Part shown: positions 9,049-21,300 of the stretch, in pieces
Position numbering within the stretch: the first letter of the stretch is position 1
How the letters are laid out: each line of letters begins with the position of its first letter
Origin: Aeromicrobium sp.
Lineage (GTDB): Bacteria; Actinomycetota; Actinomycetes; Propionibacteriales; Nocardioidaceae
DNA length: 64,000 bases
Assembly: GCA_023257515.1 (NCBI GenBank)
Contig: JALRCA010000075.1
Location: 2,707-66,706 of the forward strand
Reading direction: 5' to 3'
Made by a program: the position numbers and the translations under genes
Notes under the pieces: model-generated
The model's database searches: none
The model's input: only the letters and a program-made list of their open reading frames with translations
What the model was told of the DNA's origin: nothing

Positions 9049-10424
9049 CCGACCCGTCGAATGAGGTTGTCGAGATCGAAGGTGATGCCGTGGTCCTCAA
9101 ACCTCTCGCTGAACCGGGGCCTGATGCCGGTCGGGACGGCCTGGCCGCGGAACTGGCCGTGCTCGTCGACCCCGGCACCGAAGTCGAAGCGGAAGATGTC
9201 CTGGAGGACCACGGTGTCGCCCTCCATGCCCATGACCTCGGTGACGTTGACGATACGACGCGTGCCGTCACGCAGTCGCTGGATCTGCACGATGAGGTCG
9301 ACGGCCGACGCCGCCTGCTCGCGGATCGCCCGCAGCGGCAGGTCCATGCCGGCCATGAGCACGAGCGTCTCCAAGCGAGACATCGCGTCCCGGGGCGAGT
9401 TCGCGTGCAACGTGCTGATCGATCCGTCGTGCCCGGTGTTCATCGCCTGCAGCATGTCGAGCGCCTCGCCGCCACGGCACTCGCCGACGACGATGCGATC
9501 AGGGCGCATGCGCAGCGAGTTGCGTACGAGATCGCGGATCGTGATCTCGCCACTGCCCTCGATGTTGGCCGGCCGGCTCTCGAGCCGCACGACGTGCGGC
9601 TGCTGCAGGTGCAGCTCGACGGCGTCCTCGATGGTGACGATCCGCTCGTTCGACGGGATGAAGCGGGACAACACGTTCAGCAAGGTGGTCTTGCCGGTGC
9701 CCGTGCCTCCACTGACGAGGATGTTGAGCCGTGCCTGGACGCACGCATGCAGAAGCTGGGCCATCTGGTCGCTCATCGTCCCCAGCTCGATCAGGTTGGC
9801 GATCGTGAGCGGCGTCCGCGAGAACTTGCGGATCGTGAGCGAGGACCCATCGACGGCGAGCGGGGGCACGACCGCGTTGACACGGGAGCCGTCCGCGAGC
9901 CTGGCGTCCACCAGGGGCGACGACTCGTCGATGCGTCGCCCGACCTTGCTGACGATGCGTTCGATGATCCGACGCAGATGCGCCTCCGAGGTGAATCGCG
10001 ACGACGTCAGGGTGAGATGACCTCGACGCTCGACGTAGACCTGCTCGAAGCTGTTGACCATGATCTCGGTGACGGAGTCATCCTCGAGCATGCGCTCGAG
10101 CGGCCCGAGCCCGAGCACGTCCGCCTCGACGTCGCGGACGAGTCGCCGCCGCTCGTCCACCGAGAGCAGCTGCTGCTCCGTGTCGATCACCGACCCGAGC
10201 TCCTCGCGCACGAACTCGTGCAGCTGCGCCTCTGTCAGGCTGGGGTCGTTGAGCCGAGCCCCCAGTCGCTCGAAGAGCGCCTGCGAGACGCGTGCCTTCA
10301 TCTCCGCGTACGCATCGCCGATCGCGCCGGCGGCCTCGACGTCGTCCACCTCCCCGGCGGCCGGTTCGAGGACGTCGAGTCCCCGGGCGTCGCGTGCGGC
10401 GTCGAGCCGCTCACTGAGTCTCAT
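9045..10424 (-). CDS. tadA: Tad secretion ATPase CpaF/TadA
   Basis: GGTGTGKTT, TIEDAVEL, LRMRPDRIVVGECRG, MNTGHDGS; start MRLSERL. Confidence 0.95.
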   Translation of the reverse strand: MRLSERLDAARDARGLDVLEPAAGEVDDVEAAGAIGDAYAEMKARVSQALFERLGARLNDPSLTEAQLHEFVREELGSVIDTEQQLLSVDERRRLVRDVEADVLGLGPLERMLEDDSVTEIMVNSFEQVYVERRGHLTLTSSRFTSEAHLRRIIERIVSKVGRRIDESSPLVDARLADGSRVNAVVPPLAVDGSSLTIRKFSRTPLTIANLIELGTMSDQMAQLLHACVQARLNILVSGGTGTGKTTLLNVLSRFIPSNERIVTIEDAVELHLQQPHVVRLESRPANIEGSGEITIRDLVRNSLRMRPDRIVVGECRGGEALDMLQAMNTGHDGSISTLHANSPRDAMSRLETLVLMAGMDLPLRAIREQAASAVDLIVQIQRLRDGTRRIVNVTEVMGMEGDTVVLQDIFRFDFGAGVDEHGQFRGQAVPTGIRPRFSERFEDHGITFDLDNLIRRVG

Positions 10425-11611
10425 GCGACGTCCAGTCGTCGGTGGCCCTGCCGTCCCTCGACGGCGCGAGCACGGTCGAAGATCTTCGTCGCCAACGTGC
10501 GGACGCTCTTGACGAAGGGGCCCGACTTCTGGCTCACCATGAGCGGGACACCGCGGTTCGAGGCCACGGGCGCGTCCTTGGTGCGCGGCAGCAGCACGTC
10601 GACCGGCAGCCCGAGCATGGCCTCGACGTCCTTGACCCGCAGACCCGACTGCTTGTCCGCGAAGTTGAGCACGACGTGCCGTGATGCCGGCAGGAGCTCG
10701 AGCTCGCCGAGGAGCTCGACCTCCTTGCGCACGGCCCTGAGGCACGCGATGTCCATGGTCGAGACGAGGACCACGTCGTCGGTGACCTCGAGCGCTCCGA
10801 GCGTCGCGTCGTCGAGCCCGGCGGCCGTGTCGATGACCACGTAGCGGAACTGCTGCTGCAGCCGACGGATCAGCGCTGCCACCTGCACGCTCGTGACCTG
10901 GTCGTTCGCCGCGGGCGAGTCGGCCCCGCACAGGACGAAGAAGTTGGACGGGTGCACCGTCAGGTAGGTCTTGAGAAGCAGGCTGTCGGTGGCCTCCGTG
11001 GCGAAGGCGTCGGCCAGCGTGTGCGAAGGCTTGAGGTCGAGCACGGTCGCCACGTCCCCGAACTGGAGATCGAGGTCGACGACGACGACCTCCATCGGCG
11101 AGCGCTGCGCGAGAGCGACGGCGAGGTTGGTCGAGGTGCTCGTCTTGCCCACCCCTCCCTTGGGCGAGACCACCGTGATGGTGCGGGACCGGAAGTCCAC
11201 GGGCGTCGGGGCGACGATCGCGGGAGACCCGTCTTCCGGGCCCGGGCGCGACCGGAGCCGCTCCCGGACCCCCGAGAGCATGACGGGGTCGTCGAGCCCG
11301 GCCGCGACGTCGCGCGCACCCGCGCGCATCGCCTCGAGCACGACACCGCGATCAGGAGTCGCGATGAGCACGACGTGCACGTCGGGACGGAACGCCGTCA
11401 CCTGCTGCGTGAACTCCAGCGCCACGTCCATCGGAATCGCCGGCGTCAGGACGATCACCTCCGGCACCTGGTCGGGTGAGATGCCGCGGACGAAGCTCGC
11501 CGCCTCGCTCACGATCGACTCCGCGGGCAGCGCGACCGTCCGCTGACCGATCGCGGCGGCGATGCGCTGGGCCTCGTCCTCAGTACCGCCGATCACCAGG
11601 CAGGTGCTCAT
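10421..11611 (-). CDS. cpaE: CpaE/TadZ pilus localisation ATPase (receiver-like + ParA/MinD)
   Basis: EAMRAGARD pseudo-receiver, SPKGGVGKT, DLDLQFGDV, VIDT. Confidence 0.88.
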   Translation of the reverse strand: MSTCLVIGGTEDEAQRIAAAIGQRTVALPAESIVSEAASFVRGISPDQVPEVIVLTPAIPMDVALEFTQQVTAFRPDVHVVLIATPDRGVVLEAMRAGARDVAAGLDDPVMLSGVRERLRSRPGPEDGSPAIVAPTPVDFRSRTITVVSPKGGVGKTSTSTNLAVALAQRSPMEVVVVDLDLQFGDVATVLDLKPSHTLADAFATEATDSLLLKTYLTVHPSNFFVLCGADSPAANDQVTSVQVAALIRRLQQQFRYVVIDTAAGLDDATLGALEVTDDVVLVSTMDIACLRAVRKEVELLGELELLPASRHVVLNFADKQSGLRVKDVEAMLGLPVDVLLPRTKDAPVASNRGVPLMVSQKSGPFVKSVRTLATKIFDRARAVEGRQGHRRLDVA

Positions 11612-12300
11612 GGGGTCACGTCCTTCTGGCCGATGGTCTTGCCGCCGCCGGTGTCGGTGTCGTCGTCCTGCAGCGTCAGCCAGACCTTCCCGAACTCCAT
11701 GCCGTGGACGATCTTCTCGGCCTTGAGCGTGGTGGTCGCGACCGTGAGCATGACGTCACCGCCTGCCTGGCCCTCGGCCTCGGTGACCGAGGCCCCCACC
11801 TTGACGACGAGCAGCCCGTTCATGGCGTTGTTCGTCACGCCCCCGGTACCGCTGCCGTAGCTGATCATGACGCCGACCTTGTCGCCCGCCTTGAGCGATG
11901 CGGCGACCGCCCGCTGGGCCGGCAGCGGGATGCTGAGCGTCTGCATACCCCGAGGCACGGCCAGGTCGCCCTTGACCTTGCCTGGTTGCGCGAACTTGAG
12001 CCGGGTGAGCTGGTCGCCCGGCACGAGCTCGGTGCTCGTGACCTGGTTGCTGACCTGGCTGAGGTCGGTGAGGGCCCCGTCGACCACGGCGGCCTTCGGC
12101 AGCTTGACCGTCTCGACGCTCCCGGAGAGGTCGGCGGCCGGCGTCTTGGCGGCGACCTGCGAGGTCACGCGCAGGACGGTCACCGTCTCGGTGCCGCGAA
12201 GTGCGCGGTCGTCGGCGCCCTTGGCATAGATGACCATCGCCAGGACCGCGAGCAGTGCCAGCACTGCTGCGCCCGCGACGGCAAGGACTCGCTTGTTCAC
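11608..12300 (-). CDS. cpaB: Flp pilus assembly protein CpaB/RcpC (SAF domain)
   Basis: N-terminal TM, LVPGDQL, RAVAASLKAGDKV, GKVWLTL. Confidence 0.85.
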   Translation of the reverse strand: MNKRVLAVAGAAVLALLAVLAMVIYAKGADDRALRGTETVTVLRVTSQVAAKTPAADLSGSVETVKLPKAAVVDGALTDLSQVSNQVTSTELVPGDQLTRLKFAQPGKVKGDLAVPRGMQTLSIPLPAQRAVAASLKAGDKVGVMISYGSGTGGVTNNAMNGLLVVKVGASVTEAEGQAGGDVMLTVATTTLKAEKIVHGMEFGKVWLTLQDDDTDTGGGKTIGQKDVTP

Positions 12301-12420
12301 GATCTCTCCCTAAAGATGTGAAGCTGCGGCCCGAGGGCCGCGTCCACCGGACTCCCTGTACCGGTGAGGTCGCCGATGCCGAGACCGACGACGGTCCACC
12401 ACGTTTCGGTGATGAACGGT

Positions 12421-12456
12421 TCGAGGCGCGGCGGGCAGGAGCCCGCCGCGCCTCGA
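12421..12456 (-). terminator. Perfect 16-bp stem between flp and cpaB (partial terminator or mRNA stabiliser)
   Basis: TCGAGGCGCGGCGGGC-AGGA-GCCCGCCGCGCCTCGA. Confidence 0.7.
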
Positions 12457-12490
12457 TCGTGTGATCGCCCGAGCGATCAGGCCGTTCCGC

Positions 12491-12691
12491 TCAGGCGTTG
12501 CCGCCGGGAATGGCGGTCACGACGCCCGCGAAGGCATCCCGGACGTCCTGGCCGAGGAAGGCCACGACTCCGACGATGATGGCGGCGATCAGGGCGACGA
12601 GCAGGCCGTACTCGACGGCGGTCGCGCCCTTCTCCTCGCGCTTCGGCGCCAGGTTGGCGATGACGGCCATGACGTAGCTGATGGCGTGCAT
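12491..12691 (-). CDS. flp: Flp type IVb/c pilin
   Basis: REEKG/ATAVEYGLLVALIAAIIV Flp motif; GAGGGAG SD before MHAISY. Confidence 0.93.
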   Translation of the reverse strand: MHAISYVMAVIANLAPKREEKGATAVEYGLLVALIAAIIVGVVAFLGQDVRDAFAGVVTAIPGGNA

Positions 12692-12867
12692 GATGTTTCT
12701 CCCTCTGTATTCTCCCGCCGCCGGTCGGCGACGCTCCCTTGGAATGAAGGTAGAAGGACCCGGGTCTTGTGCACCATGATCGGCCCGGGTCATTTTCGTC
12801 TAGTCCCGGGTGACTAGAGGATGGTCCCGGCGGTGCGCCCGTCACGGTCCCGGGACGGGCGCGTCGG

Positions 12868-12893
12868 ACTTGTTTTGAGTCGTTCCATTCTGC
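12868..12893 (+). promoter_or_regulatory. Probable FurA autoregulatory box
   Basis: AT-rich TTTTGAGTCGTTCCATTC directly upstream of furA, resembling actinobacterial furA/furS operators. Confidence 0.4.
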
Positions 12894-12905
12894 TTGGATG
12901 GGGTC

Positions 12906-15648
<2,743 letters not shown>

Positions 15649-15660
15649 GCCGGCACGACA

Positions 15661-15696
15661 CGAGGGGCCCGCCGGAGCACTCCGGCGGGCCCCTCG
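15661..15696 (+). terminator. katG terminator hairpin
   Basis: Perfect 16-bp stem CGAGGGGCCCGCCGGA-GCAC-TCCGGCGGGCCCCTCG. Confidence 0.8.
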
Positions 15697-15789
15697 CCTT
15701 CCCATCCACTCCCGGACCCGGGGACCCGCCCACCGACCAGGGGTCGGGCGAGTGGACGAACTCGAGCAGCACGAAACCCTCACGGACCC

Positions 15790-16000
15790 TCGGCGCGGAC
15801 GCGGGCCCACGTGGGCGAGTTGCGGTCGTCGGCCACGCCGGTCACCCGAATCCGTGGTCGATCCGCTCGACCACGTCGGAGGAACTGGGCGCGGCACCCA
15901 TCGAGAGTCCTCGACTCGCCACGATCGTTGCCCGAGCCGCCGGAGCCGCCGTACGGCGGCTGCAACCCCAGCCGCGGAGCCAATGACTGCCCCGAGGGGC
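15790..16000 (+). pseudogene. Remnant of a paralog of the lipoprotein at 26575-27084
   Basis: Frame reads VLDSPRSLPEPPEPPYGGCNPSRGANDCPEG versus ILDSRRPLPDPPKAPHGGCNPGGESYACPGG; no signal peptide or credible start. Confidence 0.6.
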
Positions 16001-16007
16001 TGGCTCC

Positions 16008-17273
16008 TCACGCGGCGGAGTGGGCCGGCCGGGCGACACTCCTGCCGAAGACGAGGGTTCCGGCGGCCACCACGCCAGCAGCGACCAGGAACGTCGCCTG
16101 GGTCCCCAGGTGGTCCACACCGAGTCCGCCCGCGAACGTGCCGATCACGAACGCTACCTGGAAGCCCGCCGTCAACAGGCCACTCGCCGGTTCGATCAGC
16201 GCGCCGGCCTGCCGCCCGACCCACGACTGGAGGACGACGTAGATCGCCCCGAACGCCACTCCCCAGAGCGAGACGATCAGGACAACGAATCCCACCGGTC
16301 GATCAGGTACGACGACGAGTCCGACCAGGCAGAGAGCGATCGCGAGCGGGACCACGAACGCGAAGACGGCCGGAGCGCGGTCGTTGACCGCCCCGATCAC
16401 CAGGTTCCCCGCGATGCTGCTGACACCGAAGACCAGGAGCAGGGTCGCGACTGCGGAGGCCGCAGCATGGTGGATCTCGACCAACGCGATGCTCACGTAC
16501 GTGTAGCTGCCGAGATGGCCGGCGACGATCAGGACCTGCCCGAGCAGGCCAAGCCTGAGTGCCGGCGATGTCAGTGCGGGACGGAGCGAGCCGAGGCCGG
16601 CCCCCGCGCTGCCGACCGATCGCGGCACCGAGAGCCCGAGGGCGACGCATCCGAGTGATGCTGCGACCGCGGCTCCGAGGAACAGCGGTCGCCAACCGGC
16701 CGCATCGGCGACGAGCACCCCGACCGGGATGGAGATCGCGACCGCGGTCGTGATGCCGAGGTTGACCACCATCAGGGGGCGCGAGACCCGCTCGGGTGGG
16801 AACAACGACGTCACCACGATCAGGGCCAGCGCCCAGAAGCCCCCGATGGACACACCGATCAGGACCCGGGCAGCCAGGACGACCTCGAAGCTCGGCGCGA
16901 CCGCGACGGCCAGGTTGGACGCCGCTCCGAGGGCGGCCAGCCCGACCATCACGGTCCGCCGGTCCCAGCGTGTGCCGACGGCGCCCGCCAGCACCGCGGT
17001 CACCATGGAGGCGAAGGCCGTCACCGAGACGGAGAGCCCGACGCGACCGGCAGAGACTCCCAGGTCGTCACTCAGCGGCGCGATGGCTGCTGCCGGCAGG
17101 AACTCCGAGCTGACGAGGGTGAAGCTGGCGAGCAGCAGCGCCCCCACGGCTGCCCAGGCCCGGCGGGAGGCGCCGGACCCCACCTGTGCTGCCGCACCCT
17201 CTCCACTCTCCGCCGTGACGCACTGCGGCGTCGAGCCGTACGCGGCGCCGGCTGCCTGCCGGTCGTCCGTCAT
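16008..17273 (-). CDS. MFS transporter (DHA1, NepI/AraJ-like)
   Basis: SSEFLP, ARVLIGVSIGGFW, GWR; about 12 TM segments. Confidence 0.88.
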   Translation of the reverse strand: MTDDRQAAGAAYGSTPQCVTAESGEGAAAQVGSGASRRAWAAVGALLLASFTLVSSEFLPAAAIAPLSDDLGVSAGRVGLSVSVTAFASMVTAVLAGAVGTRWDRRTVMVGLAALGAASNLAVAVAPSFEVVLAARVLIGVSIGGFWALALIVVTSLFPPERVSRPLMVVNLGITTAVAISIPVGVLVADAAGWRPLFLGAAVAASLGCVALGLSVPRSVGSAGAGLGSLRPALTSPALRLGLLGQVLIVAGHLGSYTYVSIALVEIHHAAASAVATLLLVFGVSSIAGNLVIGAVNDRAPAVFAFVVPLAIALCLVGLVVVPDRPVGFVVLIVSLWGVAFGAIYVVLQSWVGRQAGALIEPASGLLTAGFQVAFVIGTFAGGLGVDHLGTQATFLVAAGVVAAGTLVFGRSVARPAHSAA

Positions 17274-18337
17274 CGGCCTTCTCCCCCCGTGCCGGAAGCA
17301 GCGGAGGACGGAGCTCCTGGATCGTCCGAACGCGCCTCCCTCGTCTCTGACACCCAGTCCGGGTTCGCGTGGTCCGACCGCCGCCCGATGACGCGCTCGG
17401 CCAGTCCCCCGAGCCTCTCCATGGTCCGTTCCGGCAGCTCGATCGCGAGCGAGCCGATGTTCTCGTCGACGCGGTCCGTCCGACGGGTACCGGGGATGGC
17501 GATCACGGCGACCCCCATCTCGGAGCCGCGCTGGCGGAGCCAGGCGAGGGCCACCTGGGCCGGCGTGGCTCCGATGTCGCGCGCCAGGGCCGCGACCTCC
17601 TCGACGAGCCGCCGATTGGTGTCGAAGGCCACCGTCGCGAACCGGTCGAGGTTCGAGCGCCAGTCGCCCTCGACGTCGGAGCGATCCGTCAACGCCCCAG
17701 TCAGGAATCCACGGCTCAGGGGCGCGTACGCCACGAAGCCGACGTCGTGCGCCACGGCCGCGGGCACCACTCGGCGCTCCACGTCGCGACTCCACAACGA
17801 CCACTCGCTCTGGATCGCGCTGATGGGATGGATCGATGCCGCCACGTCGATCTCCTCGCTCGTGACCTCACTCAGGCCGATACGGCGCACCTTGCCGGCC
17901 TCGACCAGGCCTGCCATGGCTCCGACCACATCCTCGATCGGCACCCGTGGGTCCCGACGATGAAGGTAGTAGAGGTCGATCACGTCCGTACGCAGCCGTC
18001 GAAGGCTTGCCTCGCAGGCGCGCACCACGTAGTCCGGATCGTTGCGGACCGACATGGTCGAGTAGTCCGAGCCGTCGGTCACGATCCCGAACTTCGTCGC
18101 GATCTCGACCTCGTGACGACGGCCCTCGAGGCTCGCTGCGACGAGCTCCTCGTTGGCCCCGAAGCCGTACACGTCGGCCGTGTCGATCATGGTGACGCCC
18201 TGGTCGACGACGTGGTTGAGGGTCGCGGCCGCGACGTCGGGTGCGATGTCGCCGTAGACCTCGGTCAGCCCCATGGCGCCGTAACCCAGCGACGGCGTCT
18301 GCCAGTCACCTGCGCGAACCAGGGGCAGGCGACTCAC
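17270..18337 (-). CDS. Aldo/keto reductase (AKR13-like)
   Basis: GYGAMGL, DTADVYG, ATKFG, DLYYLHRRDP, IGLSEV, QSEWSLW. Confidence 0.93.
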   Translation of the reverse strand: MSRLPLVRAGDWQTPSLGYGAMGLTEVYGDIAPDVAAATLNHVVDQGVTMIDTADVYGFGANEELVAASLEGRRHEVEIATKFGIVTDGSDYSTMSVRNDPDYVVRACEASLRRLRTDVIDLYYLHRRDPRVPIEDVVGAMAGLVEAGKVRRIGLSEVTSEEIDVAASIHPISAIQSEWSLWSRDVERRVVPAAVAHDVGFVAYAPLSRGFLTGALTDRSDVEGDWRSNLDRFATVAFDTNRRLVEEVAALARDIGATPAQVALAWLRQRGSEMGVAVIAIPGTRRTDRVDENIGSLAIELPERTMERLGGLAERVIGRRSDHANPDWVSETREARSDDPGAPSSAASGTGGEGR

Positions 18338-18762
18338 ACCTGCCCCCTGCCCACGGGCAGCCCGTCGCAGTCGAGGCCCTCCGAGATGAGGTAGCGGTAG
18401 TGAGCGACCTTGTCCTGGACAGCATCGAGGTCCGCCTCGAGCTGACGTCGTTGCTGCAGGATGCTCGCGCGCTGGCGTTCGAGGATCGCCAGCCGGTCCG
18501 CATGGGTCTCGGCACCGAGCCGGCTCAGGCTGACGAACTCCTTGATCTGGGACACAGGCATGCCGGTCCGCCGGAGGGCGACGACGAGCTCGATGAAGGC
18601 GAGCTGCTGCGACGAGTAGCGGCGTTGCCCCTGCGAGTTCCGGTCGACCGGTGGCACGATTCCTTCGCGCTCATACCACCGCAAGGTGTCGACGCTCAGG
18701 CCCGTGCGTGACGCGACGTCCCGGATCGAGAAGGTCCGTTCGGAGTCGATCTCTACTGTCAT
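18334..18762 (-). CDS. MerR-family regulator (NmlR/AdhR-like)
   Basis: SIRDVASRTGLSVDTLRWYEREG, RRY, TGMPV; C-terminal GLDC. Confidence 0.92.
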   Translation of the reverse strand: MTVEIDSERTFSIRDVASRTGLSVDTLRWYEREGIVPPVDRNSQGQRRYSSQQLAFIELVVALRRTGMPVSQIKEFVSLSRLGAETHADRLAILERQRASILQQRRQLEADLDAVQDKVAHYRYLISEGLDCDGLPVGRGQV

Positions 18763-18768
18763 GCCGCC

Positions 18769-18799
18769 ACGCTAGGTACTGGAGTGCACTCCAGCGCAA
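18769..18799 (-). promoter_or_regulatory. MerR-type promoter with operator CTGGAGTGCACTCCAG
   Basis: -35 TTGCGC (18799-18794), 19-bp spacer, -10 TAGCGT (18774-18769); perfect 16-bp palindrome at 18779-18794. Confidence 0.85.
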
Positions 18800-19010
18800 G
18801 GCTGCGTCGACGACACGTCACACCGCCGAGGCGGTGCCCAGGCGGCGACGCTGGGTGCGGCCATCCTTCGGGGTCGAGCGGTACCAGCGCTCGGGTGGCC
18901 CTCGCAGGGCCAGCCCGGTCCAGGCCTGGCTCGGTCCCGCACCGACGCAGGAGACTGGTGGGCATGACTCTCCACCCGGCCGACCGGCACCCATGCCCGC
19001 ACGGTGCCGC

Positions 19011-19976
19011 ATGAGGACCGTGCGCATCGGCTCCACGGACCTCGTGGTCAGTCGGGTCGCGCTGGGCTGCATGGGGTTCGGCCACGGCGACGCCCGTAAC
19101 CCCTGGGCCCTGGACGAGGACGCCGCGGAACCGATCTTCCGTCGGGCGGTCGAGCTGGGGATCACGCTGTGGGACACCGCCAACGTCTACGGGGGCGGAT
19201 CCTCGGAGGTCGTCGTCGGGAACGCCATCCGTCGCTACAGCAGACGGTCCGAGGTCGTGCTCGCGACCAAGGTCGGGCTGCCCTCCGGGCCCGGGCCCGA
19301 CGACAGCGGGCTCTCCCGGCGAGCCATCTTCCGCGCCATCGACGCGTCGCTGCGACGGCTCGGGACCGACTACGTCGACCTCTACCAGATCCACCGCTTC
19401 GACCCGGCGACACCGATCGCCGAGACGATGAGCGCGCTCGACGAGGTGGTCGCATCCGGCAAGGTGCGCCACCTGGGCGCCTCGTCGATGGCCGCCTGGC
19501 AGTTCGCCACGATGCAGCACACCGCCGACCTGGCCGGGACCCGCCGGTTCGTCACCATGCAGGACCAGTACAGCCTGGTGCAGCGGGAGGAGGAACGGGA
19601 GATGTTCCCGCTCCTGGCCCACCAGCAGGTGATGAGCCTGCCCTGGTGTCCCCTGGCGAAGGGCCGACTGGCGCGACCGTTCGCCACGGCCACCTCGCGG
19701 TCGCGCTCCGACCCGATGGGCGAGGCGATCTTCGAGGGTCGCGACCGGGCCATCGTCGACGCCGTGTCGTCCGTCGCGGCCGACCGAGGGGTGCCCATGT
19801 CCCAGGTCGCCCTCGCCTGGATCTACACGCGACGCGTCGTCGCCGCGCCCGTCGTCGGCGTCACCAGGCCCGCGCACCTCGACGACGCCGCAGCGGCCGC
19901 CGAGCTCTCGCTCAGCGACGACGAGGTCGCTCACCTCGAGGCCGCCTACACACCGCGCGAGCCGTCGGGCTACTGA
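19011..19976 (+). CDS. Aldo/keto reductase (YajO-like)
   Basis: LGCMGFG, WDTANVYG, ATKV, DLYQIHRFD, GASSMAAWQF, REEEREM. Confidence 0.92.
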   Translation: MRTVRIGSTDLVVSRVALGCMGFGHGDARNPWALDEDAAEPIFRRAVELGITLWDTANVYGGGSSEVVVGNAIRRYSRRSEVVLATKVGLPSGPGPDDSGLSRRAIFRAIDASLRRLGTDYVDLYQIHRFDPATPIAETMSALDEVVASGKVRHLGASSMAAWQFATMQHTADLAGTRRFVTMQDQYSLVQREEEREMFPLLAHQQVMSLPWCPLAKGRLARPFATATSRSRSDPMGEAIFEGRDRAIVDAVSSVAADRGVPMSQVALAWIYTRRVVAAPVVGVTRPAHLDDAAAAAELSLSDDEVAHLEAAYTPREPSGY

Positions 19977-20042
19977 TCGTCCCCTGAGACCTCGCGGCCG
20001 AGGGGTCGATCAGCCGGGAATACCGATGCCTCGACGTCGTTA

Positions 20043-20060
20043 TATCTGACATGTCAGATA
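20043..20060. promoter_or_regulatory. MarR operator overlapping its own start codon
   Basis: Perfect 18-bp palindrome TATCTGACATGTCAGATA. Confidence 0.75.
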
Positions 20061-20524
20061 AACAGTTGTCCTCGGACGAGCTGGCGGTGTGGCAGCGGTT
20101 GCAGACCGTCACCGAGTCCCTGCGGCGCGAGGTCGGTCGGGGCCTGCGGGCCGACGCCGATCTCTCCGAGTCCGAGTTCACCGTGCTCGCCCACGTCGTG
20201 ACGGCGGGCGGGTCGATCCGGGCCGGCGAGTGCGCGCGCTCCATCGGCTGGGACTCCAGCCGACTCGCCCACCAGCTCGGTCGGCTCGAGCGGCGCGGCC
20301 TCGTGGACCGCACCACCGACGCCACGGACGCTCGATCCTCGGTGGTCTCCCTCACCGAGGCCGGGAGGGCTGCACATCGACGCGCCGTCGGCCCGCACCT
20401 GCGTGCGGCACAGCGCTGGTTCGCCGCGGCTCTCGCTCCCCACCAGCTGCAGGACCTCGACCTGGCTCTCCGCGCACTCGAGTCCCACGTGCAGCACCTC
20501 TCGCAGGAAGGACCGTCCTCATGA
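20051..20524 (+). CDS. MarR-family regulator
   Basis: LSESEFTVL, WDSSRLAHQLGRLERRGLV, DAR, LTEAG. The true start may be a later codon. Confidence 0.88.
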   Translation: MSDKQLSSDELAVWQRLQTVTESLRREVGRGLRADADLSESEFTVLAHVVTAGGSIRAGECARSIGWDSSRLAHQLGRLERRGLVDRTTDATDARSSVVSLTEAGRAAHRRAVGPHLRAAQRWFAAALAPHQLQDLDLALRALESHVQHLSQEGPSS

Positions 20525-21300
20525 ACACCGCTGGATCGACCCGGCCGCCCGTCGGACCCGACCTGCGCGACCAGACCGTCGTCGTGGTCGGCGGCTCTGG
20601 CGGAGTCGGCGAGGGAGTCGTCCGCGCCCTGCTGTCCTCTGGCGCCACGGTCGTCGCGACGGGACGCCACACCGAGCGGCTCGACGCCATGCGAGCTCGC
20701 GTCGAGGACCCTGCCATGACCGGGCGGCTGCTGACTGCGACGCTCGATGCCGAGGCGTCGGACCTCGACGCCCGGGTCGCCGACCTCGCGGCACGACACG
20801 GCGCGTTCGACGGCGTCGTCGTGAGCGTGGCGTCCTGGGGAGACCAGGGCCGCGCCGCTGCGCTGTCCTTGACGGACCAGCAGTGGGACGACCTTCTCTC
20901 GGCCAACCTGACCAGCGTGTTCCGCCTGTTCCGCGCCTTCGCGCCGGTGACCGTCCCGACCGGGACGATCATGCAGCTCAACGGTCGGAGCGCGGACATC
21001 CCCTTCCCGGGCAGCGCCGGAGTCGCCCTCAGCGCGGCGGCCACCAAGTCCCTGACCCGCACGATCGCAGCCGAGCTCGACGGACGGGGTCCGCGCTTCT
21101 ACCAGGTGATCCTCGGCGTGGTCCGAACCCGAGCCCGCCAGGCGGTCGGCATCGACGATCCCCGCTGGCTCACCGGCGAGGACGTCGGCGCGCACGTCGC
21201 GAACCTGGTCGCGGGGACCGGTCCGCTGGTCGGCACCACGGTGCAGTACCTGCTCGACCGTGCGCAGGGACCGGTCCGCGAGGACGAGGCACGCCGATGA
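20521..21300 (+). CDS. Atypical short-chain dehydrogenase/reductase
   Basis: VGGSGGVGEG Rossmann motif; lacks the canonical YxxxK (LSAAATK). Confidence 0.75.
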   Translation: MNTAGSTRPPVGPDLRDQTVVVVGGSGGVGEGVVRALLSSGATVVATGRHTERLDAMRARVEDPAMTGRLLTATLDAEASDLDARVADLAARHGAFDGVVVSVASWGDQGRAAALSLTDQQWDDLLSANLTSVFRLFRAFAPVTVPTGTIMQLNGRSADIPFPGSAGVALSAAATKSLTRTIAAELDGRGPRFYQVILGVVRTRARQAVGIDDPRWLTGEDVGAHVANLVAGTGPLVGTTVQYLLDRAQGPVREDEARR

